A DNA stretch of 63,981 bases, filler included, from Licmophora abbreviata (Eukaryota), in assembly GCA_900291995.1 (NCBI GenBank). It is 9 parts of 9 records of this genome, joined end to end, with 100 filler letters (N's around TTAATTAATTAA, not from the genome) between each part and the next. Parts side by side here need not be neighbours in the genome. Positions count along the whole stretch, not along the records: positions 7,490 to 24,560 come from OLMU01001959.1; positions 24,661 to 31,749 come from OLMU01001960.1; positions 31,850 to 36,520 come from OLMU01001961.1; 6 more parts are not named here. The stretch is one strand, 5' to 3'. The stretch's first letter is position 1. Each line of letters starts with the position of its first letter. The notes below the pieces were generated by a model. The model saw nothing but the letters and a program-made list of their open reading frames with translations, was not told the DNA's origin and made no database searches. Shown here in pieces: positions 22,745 to 34,269 of this stretch. Both the position numbers and the translations under genes were made by a program.

Positions 22745-22810
22745 AGTACAAGGGATTACATGTGATTTAAAGTACGCAGGAGAGATAGTTTAAAAAATGA
22801 AGCCCAACTT

Positions 22811-23560
22811 TCATTTCGCTTTCCTCCCGATCGATACGCTCACTCGGTCGTTGCTGCCTGGCACATCAAACGTCCAGGCGAGCCCTCTGACTTCTTGAAT
22901 AAAGTCCTTGGTTGAGGTAGCCAGTTTGTAGGATATAAGTATGTAGCGTCCATCGGTTGAGAGTTGCGTAGCAGCTTCTTTTAGCAGACGTTCCAGAGGT
23001 CCATTCCAGCCTTCGTCGCACATGAGGGCATCGATCATTCCCTTGTCAAAGATAACGTCGTACTTCTCCTCTTTCCTGTTCTTTTGGAGAGTTCGTGATA
23101 GCTCCACAGCGTCACCACATGCGAAATCCATGTTTTCAAATTCTTTGTGAACTTCTTGTAGCTGCTCAATACAAGCACGTGACGAGTCCAGGCACGTCAC
23201 GTGCATGGTTTTGCCATCATCGTGACGAGCCAACGTTTCAGGCAGGCGTGAATTGCCGCATCCCACCATGAGCACCCGCGTCTTGCCGGGAACAGCAGGA
23301 ATCAGAGCAAGCTGGTCGTCAAAAGATACACTGGAGTGCCATTCTGTCACAGTATCTGGTGTGTCGCGGTAAAAGGTATCCCATTCGGTGGGGGATGAAA
23401 AGTCAAAGACTGGAAGATTTGAAGCGAGACCAGCAGGTCTGTCACTGCGATATATGGACCGCACAGACCCAAATTTTGGAAAGGCCACTACTGAAACACA
23501 ATGGAAAGCCGACAGCACTGCCAAGTAACGAACGGCAAGCTGTGCAACCCTGGCCATCAT
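22811..23560 (-). CDS. Class I SAM methyltransferase (EEF1AKMT4/METTL13-N-like), plastid-type bipartite leader
   Basis: WDTFY, EWH, VLMVGCGNS and FDKGMIDA motifs; signal peptide followed by VVA-FP. Confidence 0.82.
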   Translation of the reverse strand: MMARVAQLAVRYLAVLSAFHCVSVVAFPKFGSVRSIYRSDRPAGLASNLPVFDFSSPTEWDTFYRDTPDTVTEWHSSVSFDDQLALIPAVPGKTRVLMVGCGNSRLPETLARHDDGKTMHVTCLDSSRACIEQLQEVHKEFENMDFACGDAVELSRTLQKNRKEEKYDVIFDKGMIDALMCDEGWNGPLERLLKEAATQLSTDGRYILISYKLATSTKDFIQEVRGLAWTFDVPGSNDRVSVSIGRKAK

Positions 23561-23763
23561 GGTGACAACACGGTGATGCCCCAATTTTCAATTTTCAATT
23601 TTTTTTCGGTCTCTTCCATTTTCACGGTCCGTCGTCGTACGACGAAGAAAAATTGCGCGAGGGTCTGTCCGTCACCCAGATCCCAAGAGCAGAAAGGAAC
23701 CCTCACGAATTCGAAGCGCACAGAAACATCGAAGAACAAATAGTGATCACAGTCTCACCGACG

Positions 23764-25076
23764 ATGGCGACACAGTTTCATCGATCGGAGAGTCCCGCAG
23801 TACCTGGTACATTCATCGCCATGCCTGGACATTCGGAGATAGCGCAAAGCTATGAAAGTAAGCTCGAAGTGTCCTTCCGAGGCCACAAGGTCGAAATACC
23901 GCTCCTGGAAGGAACGACGGTTCTTGATGTGAAATCAGGCGTCGTCCGCCGGGAAGTCGCCAGGCACGATGAAGAGCATGTCTCGAGCACCATGGCTCCT
24001 TCGGATGTCAAGCTCTTATTTCAAGGTAAACAGCTCTCTGATGATACTCTAGACCTTTCCAGTTGGCCGGGTTTACTAAAGAAAAAGAAGAAAGTATACC
24101 ACATGATTGCCACCGGCGTTTCGTCTCAGGAAGCGAAGCATCATGCAACAAGAGTTTCAAGAGGGCCTGTCCAAGGCGCCTCGCATACGAGATGATATCA
24201 CAGAGAATGGAAAAAGAGAACTCGCTGAGCGTCGGCGTTTGGGCCGTGTCATGCTACATCAGGCGGCACGTCGCAACACTGCTGGCTGTGGAAAATCCTA
24301 CGGTTTTGGCAAGATTGAGACGTTGCCTATGTTGCCCGACGAGGCGAGGGCTCGTTCGATACTGACGCAACTGGCAAATGATCCGGGTATTCTAGCTTGT
24401 ATGGCCAAGCATCAGTGGAACGTGGGGTCGCTGGCAGAACTCTATCCCGAAGGCAAAGTGGGTAAAAGCGCCGCATGCGTCATGGGTCTAAACAGGAACA
24501 AGGGACAGCAGATCTTGCTACGTGTCCGTACCGATGATCTCAAGGGCTTTCGTAAGATTCNNNNNNNNNNNNNNNNNNNNNNNNNNNNNNNNNNNNNNNN
24601 NNNNTTAATTAATTAANNNNNNNNNNNNNNNNNNNNNNNNNNNNNNNNNNNNNNNNNNNNTGAGCATTGAGCAGGTTCTGTATCATGAATTGGCGCACAA
24701 TTTGCATAGTGAACACAATCAGGAATTCTTCCAACTCATGCGACAGATTGAACGGGAATGCAACGAGCTGGACTGGACACAAGGGGCTGGACTGTCCGAC
24801 GAATTGGCCGAGACTTCGACGACACTATATACAGGAGGGGCGTATCGCCTGGGCGGAGAGAGAGCGTCCACAGTGAATCATACGTCAGTGCGAGAGCTGG
24901 CGGCACGAGCAGCGATGATGCGACTGACGGCCGAGGAGGAAGAGATTGAACTGCACTGTGGCTGCGGAATGGAGGTGACTACTATGGAAACAACAGAGGC
25001 ACGAACCACACAAGAAGACGTGGATACAGAGAAAGACGCAGAATGCAACAGTTATGGTGCAGTTTCCGATCAGTGA
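23764..25076 (+). CDS. Ubiquitin-like + WLM (Wss1-like) metalloprotease; +1 frameshift near 24136 and gap 24561-24660
   Basis: UBL-like VKLLFQGK; LANDPGI...HQWNVGSLAELYP, MGLNRNKGQQILLRVRTDDLKGFR and HELAHN motifs. Confidence 0.85.
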
Positions 25077-25107
25077 TGGTCCCCCCCCCCCCCTGTGATG
25101 TTGGTAG

Positions 25108-27965
25108 CTACGTAAGAGTAGTCTTATCTATTGTGGAAGTTGCCTTGCCCAAGAGAGCAGCATCAAGGTCTCGGTCCTCGAGATCAATCTTCCCACTGGA
25201 TACTGGATCTGCCTTGTCTGAATCTTCTAGCACAACTTCTTCGCCTTCTCCAATTAATGCTGCGACTGCGTCAGCTGGTGTCTCGTCCTTGTTTCCTTCG
25301 TCGTTGAGCCTCTCAAGTTCCCTTTGGCGCTCTCGTGCCTGGAAGAGGTTGGAATACCATGGGTCGGCGTGTGGGGTGTCAGTGGGTGATTCGGTAGGAG
25401 CCTCCGTGTCGTCGAGCGGATCATGCTCGGTCGGAGCCATGGTAGGCGATGTCGTCTCAGGGCATATGGATGTACCGCCGTCGATGAGCTCTGGAGGTCG
25501 ACATGATTCGAACAACGGTCGCCAGATGCAGCCGAAGCCTGAGTTGTCGCATTCCTCTTCTGTCTCAAAAGCCTTGCAATTGCAATTAGAATCCGTGAGA
25601 TTCCTGTCCTGTAAGATTCGCAGCTCCTCGTTTGTCATGCCATCCATGCGTTCTTCCTTGGCAAAGACCTTGACGAACGGATCACGAGCTCCGTACAATG
25701 ATCGATCAGTGAACTTGTACATTCCCTCCTTGCCCTCTCTGGCTAGATAGGCTGCATAGGAGGTACCGGTCGGACCCGATGGTCCAATAATCTTTCCTTG
25801 AAGTGCTCTGTGCTTTCGTCGACCCGTGTAAAGGTCCTCCCCTTCGTCCCCAAACCGCTCCTTCCATTCCTTACAAAACGCGTTGCGTATCTTGGTGTTG
25901 TAAAGAATATCGAAGTCGAGCACAACCTTCTCATGTCCTGGATTGAATCGTTGAGCTAGGTTGACACTCTCTTTACAGTAGGGAAACTTGAAGCAGAACG
26001 GATAGGTAGCTGGAGTGAAGGCGGCGACCGGTTTGTAGGTGCCAGGTGTGAACATCAAGTCGACGTGCTTCGAGACTTTGTGATACGAGTTGGTGATCAT
26101 GAACCAGTCGGTATGGACCTCGGCTTCGCACAAGTCCATATAATCCGGTGCTGCTCTATGCTGGGATCGAGCTGGAACCACCGTCATATTGGCATAGTCG
26201 TCGCGTGCCTCCACATTCGGGGGGAGCATGATGATGACATCTGAGAAAGGATGGTCCTTCTCGTCCAGGTGCTTCAGCAGGTAGCTTGATCGGTCGTGAT
26301 ACCACTCGGAGATTACCAGAGTCGTGGAAGTCTTGGTCGGGTCCCATGGCGCGTAGAGTTTTGCCCCGTGAATGATGTATTCAGGGCCAAGGTGTCGTGG
26401 GATCAAGTTCGTGGCTGCGTAATTGTGAATTGCCGGTGTCTCCTTGAAGAAGTTCTCGTGCATGCCTACCCATGTGGTAAACATCGCGGTGTTATTGGAA
26501 AGTGTGATGTTCTCTCCCTCTTCGTTCAGCATAATCTTCGGAGCGAGCCCAGGCACGATATTCAGCAAGCCCTCTACCACCATTTGAGACATTCGATAGT
26601 CGTAAGGGATACTATTGTAAGGACAAGGGGCCTCGACCTCGAGCTGGCCCACGAGTCGCTCCAGCAGTGGATGTGAAGTATTGTAGATGGCATTCCCGTT
26701 GATGTGGTGTATGAGTGACAGCGGGATCTGCTCATAGAAGTTGTCCCACTTATCTCCGTTGTATTTTCTATGTGGTAGAGCAGGCATTATGTCGATGAAA
26801 TTGTGAGTGGACGCTGGAAGCTACAGTTCGAAGCATGGCGAAACGGCGAAATGGCGCGCGTTGGCCCAACTTACGCTCCGAGAATCGCGAATGGTCTGTT
26901 CTCTTCGACTTCACTGAGGATCACATCCAGCCAGTGGTTCTTAATCGGAATTGAGTCACCCTCCATGAGATAAAAGCCGTCGTAATTACCCCATTCTCCA
27001 CTTTGAATGATACGGAAAGCTGCTTCAAATTGTCGATTCGGCCCGTTTACCCAGTTGTAGAGCTCTTCCTGGGCTGACGGAATGTACAGGTCGAGCTCTT
27101 GCGGAATGTTCGCCTCGATCGCATAAATGTTGCGAAAGCACTGCGACCAACCTCCGGGCTCATTGAATTGTTTCAGAATAGTATCGACAGCTTGCATGGC
27201 GACTTCGTTCTCAGAAAAGGTCTGGCTGTAAAACAAAAATACGTCCGCTACCTTGTCTTGCATCATGCCTGTTCCAACCTGATCGAAGTAGTCCTTCGTT
27301 GTTCCATTGGTGTTTGAAAGCTCCACATCGAAATCCAGATCATTCGCCGCCGCTCGACAGGGCGGCAGCTGATTCCACACGGAAAACGTCGTTGGTAGTG
27401 CTTCGGCATCAAACTCACAAAATGGCCGAACAACTGCGAGCTGCGTTGTGAAGTCACGGTCGTTATATATGGCTTTGCTCCCCACAGTTCTCACTTGCAG
27501 CTCTTCCGTTTCCAGTAATGTTTGGATAGACGATGTTGAAGAGTAGTAGCTGGAGCTGACGTACGGGTGGTGATGGACAAAGTCGGGTCGTTTCGAGGTT
27601 CTTCGCCTCGGAAAACCATGTTTGGTAGCGCGGTGTGTGCCGCCCAGTATGGACATGAGAGCCACGACGATTGCCACCGTCTTCGATATAGTTTTGGAAG
27701 ACGTCAAAGAGTCGGGTATAGTCTGTAAAAGCCAGTTGTTCGGACGTAATTCCTCCTCTTCTTGGTACGCGTGGTCGTAGTAGGAACTCTGGTGGTGGGC
27801 AGGTCCACGAATAGCCTCCTGTTCGGCTCGTTCCTGAAATTTAGACAGTACAGCTTGAACAGATGTGGTCAAGGCCATGGTTGGGTATGTCCAGGGCTCC
27901 TCGTCATGATCGTCTTCGTCATCCTCGTGAAGAGCCGCAAAGTCGTAAGGCGATCGGGTCGCCAT
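25108..27965 (-). CDS. Large (~916 aa) type II membrane putative glycosyltransferase-like protein; intron 26768-26874
   Basis: N-terminal TM; GPNRQF, FYLMEGDSIP, HINGNAIYN and PYDY motifs; Cys-rich and PT-rich C-terminus; GT-AG intron joins ILGA|KYNG. Confidence 0.6.
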
Positions 27966-28282
27966 GGTAGTCGTCGTTTGCGAAAAAGTGTGCGGAGGTT
28001 TTTACCGTGTTTGGGCTCGAATGGTCTTTTCACCATAAGTAGTTCCTGAGATTGACATTCGCAAGTTGTACGGTCACTGTCGTAGAAATGACCGACAAAG
28101 ACCGCACAACTTGAGAACCCGGGCTTTGAAATGCGCGAGGAAGGTGTCGAGTGTCGACCTACAACAAACTCGCAGCGACCACCATCGCCACCAAGACGAC
28201 AGAGGTCGCTTTCTAGATCCATTAGAGTTCGCTTGTGGGTTATTTCTTGGATTAGGATTCGTCTCCTTGCTACTATGAAAGC

Positions 28283-29353
28283 ATGGCTGCCGTTCAGAAG
28301 CCCTGGCGACGAAAATTTGGACGACGCGGGAAGGCAGTCGTTGTGTCCCTTCGAGGAATCTTGATTGTGCTTTGTGTCTGTTGCTCTCTGGTCGTCTGGC
28401 GAGCGCTTGTGCCACTACACTATCCTCGTCGCCATTCCTGCAATCTTTGGATTGTCGCACAGTCCGGTCCAGGTCGGCTGGGCAATCAAATGTTCCAGTT
28501 CGCGTCGGCGCTCGGCGTTTATCACCAGCGCCTACGAACTGCTCCGTTGTTCAACGACACGGTCAACTTTTGCATCGACCCAAAGCATTCTTTTGACGAT
28601 CCGCTGCGATCGGTCGGTGATCAACTCATCCCAATCTTTCCCAAGTTCTCTAGTGTGTTTGACGGCCCCTTTCTGCCGTGTCCAGATGAGATACTCGCGC
28701 TCCTCAGAAACATCCCCGAACGAGGATATGGTCGCTATGAGGCTTTTGATACTGACGACTGTCCTATGGACAGTCCGTGTGTGCGTTCGTTAGGTATCTA
28801 CCTGCAGTCTTTTCGGTACCTGGAACATGCAGATCGCGAAATTCGTTCGGCCTTTTCCTTTCGCGAGTCGATTCAACAACGGGTCGTGTCCTTTTTGAAT
28901 CGCGTTGCTCCGAAAACTGCCGATTTTGGAAAGCGAACCCTCGTTGGCGTTCATGTACGTCGCGGTGACGTGCTTAAGGCAGAGTACCTGCGCGAAGCTC
29001 CAGAATCATTTTTTGCAAAGGCCATGCAGTATTATCGAGACAAGTATCCGAATGTTTTGTTTCTAGTAGCCACCGATGACGAGTGGTGGTGCGTGCAGGA
29101 GCCGGCCTTTCAGGGCAACGATGTTGTCTTTTTGCAACCAAGCTACGATGAGCCTGCAGTGGACATGGCGATACTGACACAGTGTGACCACGTGATTATG
29201 AGTGTGGGGACTTTTGGGTGGTGGGCAGGGTGGCTGGCGGGAGGTGAAGTTGTGTACTACGAGGACGCCATTGTTTTGTCGCATGAAAACAATAGGGGGC
29301 AAGTGGATTTGAAGGACCACTACCCACCCAACTGGATTGGGATATCAGGATGA
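28283..29353 (+). CDS. GT11 alpha-1,2-fucosyltransferase-like
   Basis: Type II TM; GRLGNQMFQ, VGVHVRRGD, VATDD and SVGTFGWWAGWL motifs. Confidence 0.9.
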   Translation: MAAVQKPWRRKFGRRGKAVVVSLRGILIVLCVCCSLVVWRALVPLHYPRRHSCNLWIVAQSGPGRLGNQMFQFASALGVYHQRLRTAPLFNDTVNFCIDPKHSFDDPLRSVGDQLIPIFPKFSSVFDGPFLPCPDEILALLRNIPERGYGRYEAFDTDDCPMDSPCVRSLGIYLQSFRYLEHADREIRSAFSFRESIQQRVVSFLNRVAPKTADFGKRTLVGVHVRRGDVLKAEYLREAPESFFAKAMQYYRDKYPNVLFLVATDDEWWCVQEPAFQGNDVVFLQPSYDEPAVDMAILTQCDHVIMSVGTFGWWAGWLAGGEVVYYEDAIVLSHENNRGQVDLKDHYPPNWIGISG

Positions 29354-29751
29354 ATTGGGTGGATAGCGCTCACAAGCTGGAAATAGAGTTGAAAGGCCTC
29401 ATGGATGCTCGAAACCTTTATGATATGAGTTAGTTAGGTCGAAGAGTTTAGGTCATGATGAGATGTGACCGACCGCCTAAAACCCACGAAGATTATACTA
29501 GCTACATATATGGATAGAATCAAATATATATAGTATACATACCCTAGTATATTTAAAAAATTGTTAAATGTGACTTCGAGCTGCGACGTTCAACGTGTAT
29601 GATATTTCGATGCTCACTGATGTCGACGGAACAGCGTCACGCCGGGGTCTCGTTATTGCCTCTTTTTCTCCTCTGCTGAAACGCTTCCGAGTGGCAAGGC
29701 TTCAGCGCTTATCGTGACTGTTTCGGTCAGACTGATATCTGAAAAGAAAAT

Positions 29752-32152
29752 ATGTCGTCGTCCTCGAAGAAGTTCACAATCAAGGTGAGTCTCGCCTCAG
29801 ACCTCGCTGCGTACTCTGCGTACCATTCCTACGTGAGGTCTCGCGACACTTTCTCTGACCCCGTTTTGCTGCTCTCTCGCTCTGCTTTGATACAGCCCTT
29901 TCGAAGTCATGTGCAGATGGACCGGACAGCAGCCACTCAGAACTGGGACATTTTGGCCGGCGCGATCGATGAGATTTACAATCGAAACGCCTCGCAGCTG
30001 TCGTTTGAAGAGCTCTACCGAAACGCCTACAATCTCGTCTTGCAGAAACACGGCACGCTCCTCTACGAGGGCGTGTCGGAAAAGATCTCGTCCCACCTAC
30101 TGTCTACAGTAGAACGTCTTGTAGAAGTACCGGACTCACGGTTGCTCGAGGAAGTCGCGACGTCTTGGAAGGAGCATCAAATAACCATGGTCATGGTGCG
30201 CGACATTCTCATGTATATGGATCGCACGTATGTGCCCAGTCAGCGACGTCGACCAGTCTACGAGCTGGGCTTGCATCTATTTCGAATTACGGTGTGGGAC
30301 CATCCTCGCATTCAAGATCGCGTCGTCGAACTGCTTCTCTCCGCCATTGCGGAGGAGCGAAACGGCCTTTTGACTGACGACCGGTCTCTGCTGAAGGCGA
30401 ATCTCAGTATGCTGTTGGAACTTGGCCAAGCAGACTTTTCGAATGTCTACGAGCGAGACTTTGAGCAAATTTTTTTGGGGACCACGCAGGAGTTTTATAG
30501 AAACGAATCCCTGACGTATTTGAGTCAAAACACGGCAACGAGCTATGTAAACAAGGGCACGACTCGTATCGAAGAAGAGAAGGAACGCGGTGCTGCCATT
30601 GGACTACCAAATACTACCGAAGTTCCTTTACAGAATATTATGCAGACGGAGCTCATTGAGCGACACGCACGAACACTCGTTGACATGGAGCACTCGGGGT
30701 TTTGTGCCCTGCTCAAGGATGAGTCCAAGCTGACAGAAATGCGGGACATGTACGACTTGTTTGTGCGTGTGCCAGCGTCGGTGGAGTACCTTCGAGAAGC
30801 GCTTTGTGATCGCATCAAGACGGACGGCAAGGCATTGATCTCGGATCAAGAAAAGGGTGCGGCGGATCCGTCGGCTTTTGTGCGAGGAGTCCTGGCGATG
30901 CGAGACCGTTATCATAGAGTTCTGGACGTTAGCTTCCGTGGAGAAAAGAGAACACAGAAGCGTCTTCGGGAGTCGTTTGAAGACTTTTTGAATGAAGATG
31001 CTCGCGCTGCTTCGTGCCTAGCGGTGTTCGTGGATGAATTGCTTCGGTCGGGCCTGCGTGGTGCTACCGAGGCGCAAGTCACTGAGCAGCTGCAGAAAGT
31101 CATTACGGTGTTTCGTTACCTGTCCGACAAGGACGTCTTCGAGTCTTTTTACAAACAGCATTTGGCGAAGCGACTGCTGAATGGGCGAAGTGTCAGCGAC
31201 GACGCTGAGAAGTCCATGGTCAGCCAACTCAAGGCCGAATGTGGCTACCAATTCACTTCGAAGCTGGAAGGCATGTTCAACGACATGAGAATCTCCAAGG
31301 ATATGCGGGATGCCTACAGGGCGCACCGCAAGAAGCAGGATGGCGGTGTGGACATTGAAGTCGATGTGCTCACGAATGGGTACTGGCCTTCTGTCAACGT
31401 GAAACCATGCACGCTGCCACCTGTGGTACAGGATGCGATTGATCGATTCTCCTCGTTTTATCTGGAAAAGCACACGGGGCGGAAGCTCGCATGGCAGACA
31501 TCAGGAGGCACTGCCGAGATTCGTGGCGTATTTGGGACCCGTAGACACGATCTGTGTATTTCAACGTACCAAATGTGTATTTTGCTTCTGTTCAACGATA
31601 AGGACTCGCTGACTCTGGGTCAGATTCGAACACAGACACAAATCCCGGACTTGGAGCTGCGGCGTCACCTGATATCGCTGTGCACACCGAAAAACCGAGT
31701 ACTCAAGAAGGGTAGCAAGGGCCGCGCCATCGTTTCGGACGACGATACANNNNNNNNNNNNNNNNNNNNNNNNNNNNNNNNNNNNNNNNNNNNTTAATTA
31801 ATTAANNNNNNNNNNNNNNNNNNNNNNNNNNNNNNNNNNNNNNNNNNNNAAGGAATCGGCCGTCACGAGGCCAGATGGCTCTTCTGCGGCAGCCTCGTCA
31901 GAGGTGGCTGCGGCTGTGCCAGCCCCTGTCGAAGAAGATCGTCGCCACTTAGTGGAAGCAGCTATTGTGCGAATCATGAAGGCGCGAAAGACTCTGCATC
32001 ACAATGATTTGATTGCTGAGGTGACCAAGCAGCTTAGTATTCGCTTCGTTCCAACGCCCCAGTTCATCAAGAAGCGCATTGAAAGCCTGATTGAACGGGA
32101 ATACTTGGAACGGGCCGAAGACGATCGCAAGCTCTACGTGTACTTGGCTTGA
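29752..32152 (+). CDS. CUL3: Cullin-3; intron 29785-29895; gap 31750-31849
   Basis: [47 protein letters not shown] motifs; neddylation domain [11 protein letters not shown]...[10 protein letters not shown]. Confidence 0.95.
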
Positions 32153-32356
32153 GGATAGTACTGTAGGAAGTAGAAAGTATTTAATTCTTGATCTAGATGC
32201 GAATTGAGCTACTAAGAAGGTTGGAAGTACCTATTGCATGCACTATTGCTCAATGGAGTACAGCGTCCGCGCTGGACGTTATGTCACTACCGGTACCCTG
32301 TACTACCGATAGATCATCTTCCCCTGTTGATCACAAGACACGCAACTTGGTAACCC

Positions 32357-33882
32357 CTACCAACGCTTGCCCTCAACGATCTGCAAGATACGTCCAAGTG
32401 TTGCGTGCATCGAATCGACCTTTGCCTCGAGGATGCCCATTCGTTCGCTCACTGAGCCAGGGTTGACCAGGGGGCGACGAGAACTAACAGGGGTTGGGGT
32501 CTCAAAGTCAAAGCTGGTGGATGCCGGACCCCCTCGCTGCTCAGAGACCCCTCGCAATTTGCCGGTGACAATATTGAGAAATTCTTCTTTCGAGAGCGAC
32601 TCTGACGCGTCGGCATCGGCTTTCTCGAACACTTCAATGAGCTCCCGGAGAATTGCTGAATCGGACTGCTCGTCTCCTCCTTCCTCATCTCCCCCGCCAG
32701 CAATGATCTTTTGGTACTCTTCGTCGCTTGTATCTATAGAGCTCGAACTCCAGTCAGTATCACCGCTACTACTCGACGCAAAGGAGTTGGGACGTCCTGT
32801 GAGTCTCGCTTGCAGACGTTTCTGAGCACGCTTTCGCGACTTGACCGCCAATCGCTCCGCCTCGGCTTCAAATCCCCAAGTTAGCATGGACGCGGGTATA
32901 GCAAACATGGCAACACTGAATACTCCAGTGGCGAGAATGACTACCAAGCAATACATAGCAGCATGGTGATTGTGTAAAAGCGGTTGAGCACATTGGCGTA
33001 CATCGTTCGCACAGGGCGCGAAACCCACTGCTGCTCACCTCCTTTTGTATACCAGGGAAGGTCGGTTGCATCAGGCCCACCCTGTCCCGTCAGCAAGAGC
33101 GTCGACATGTACATGGTTGCAGGAATGCTCTTGAAGTCTTCGTTGTCAGGCGGTCGTAAGTAGTACAAAAGAACGGAAGTGAATAACACCAGGAAGATAC
33201 AAAGAAACAAGGCAACATATAGAATCTGTCGGTTGTAGTAGAGAACACGACTACAGGCGTCCATACTCTTGGCGAACTGGTCTGTTTTCGTCAAACGCAA
33301 GAGCCGAAAGAAGCGAAGGTACGTCAACGTCGGAAGCGGTATTCCAGTCAAGAGTTCCAAAAAGAAGGGAAAGGTTGCAAAGGCATCAATAATCGCCATG
33401 GAGGAAACCATGTATCGGAGTCGGCCCCAGAGCGGCCCAAGCTTCTGGTATCGCTTCCCCTCCGTGCAGACCGTCAATCGAGTCATATACTCCACAAAAA
33501 AGACACATGACGCAACAGCTTCCGACACAAAAAAGAGCTTGTGCTTGTGAAACTTTGGTTCGGTTGAAATGATGAATAGAATCATATCCGTGACAATCAC
33601 TAATGTCATGAATTTCTTGAAGAGGATGGCCTGCCACTGATGCGATCGAGGGTTCAGGGCCGTGTAGAGAAACGAGTAGTCCGGGTGACGAGAGACGTCG
33701 CTTCTCGTACTCTGCTTGAAAACCCTCGAGAAGACTGGTGCTTCATCGGATTTCGACTTTTGCTTCTTCTGCTCTCTATACTGCTTGCGGCGATCGCGTT
33801 CCTCTTTTGTCGCAATCGGAGGTCCGAGCAAAGGGCTCATTGTGCTGCTGCCGAGCGGTTCCTTAATGGTGCTGCCGTACAT
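32357..33882 (-). CDS. Single-domain 6-TM voltage-gated (Kv-like) ion channel with C-terminal EF-hand; intron 32941-33038
   Basis: FFVEYMTRL (S2), AIIDAFATFPFFL (S3), LRFFRLLRLTK (S4), FKSIPATMY...LTGQG pore, S6 FAIPASML; EF-hand DADASESLSKEE. Confidence 0.85.
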
Positions 33883-34269
33883 GCTGCCACTGAGAAGAAT
33901 TTGTCGGGAAGACGATAATGTGATGTACGAACTAAGCAGATGATGGGATTAGCCCTGCCCTGGTCTGCCGGGGCTATTGTCAGCGTTGCGATGAAAACAA
34001 ATAATGACAGATGACGGCGCTGAAAGCCGTTGTCACGATGAAAACGTGTTCGAGTTCGAGTTCGTTGACGACATTTGACATTTGACATTTGGAAGATGGT
34101 AACGGATGAGGGCTAAGGTTATTCCAAGATGGATGGATCCATGCACGACTGGCTCGACTGACTCGCCCGTTCGAAGGCCTTTTGTCGCGTCATGTCATAA
34201 CAATTTCGAAATGGCCTTTCTTGCCAGAGAGCTCACAATTTCGTGCCCATACCGTTGCAGTACGCCAAC

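Noticed and set aside
23764..25076. Pseudogene status for the Wss1-like, SpoU and MOT genes
   Set aside because: Each has a single homopolymer indel with all motifs intact; sequencing error is more parsimonious
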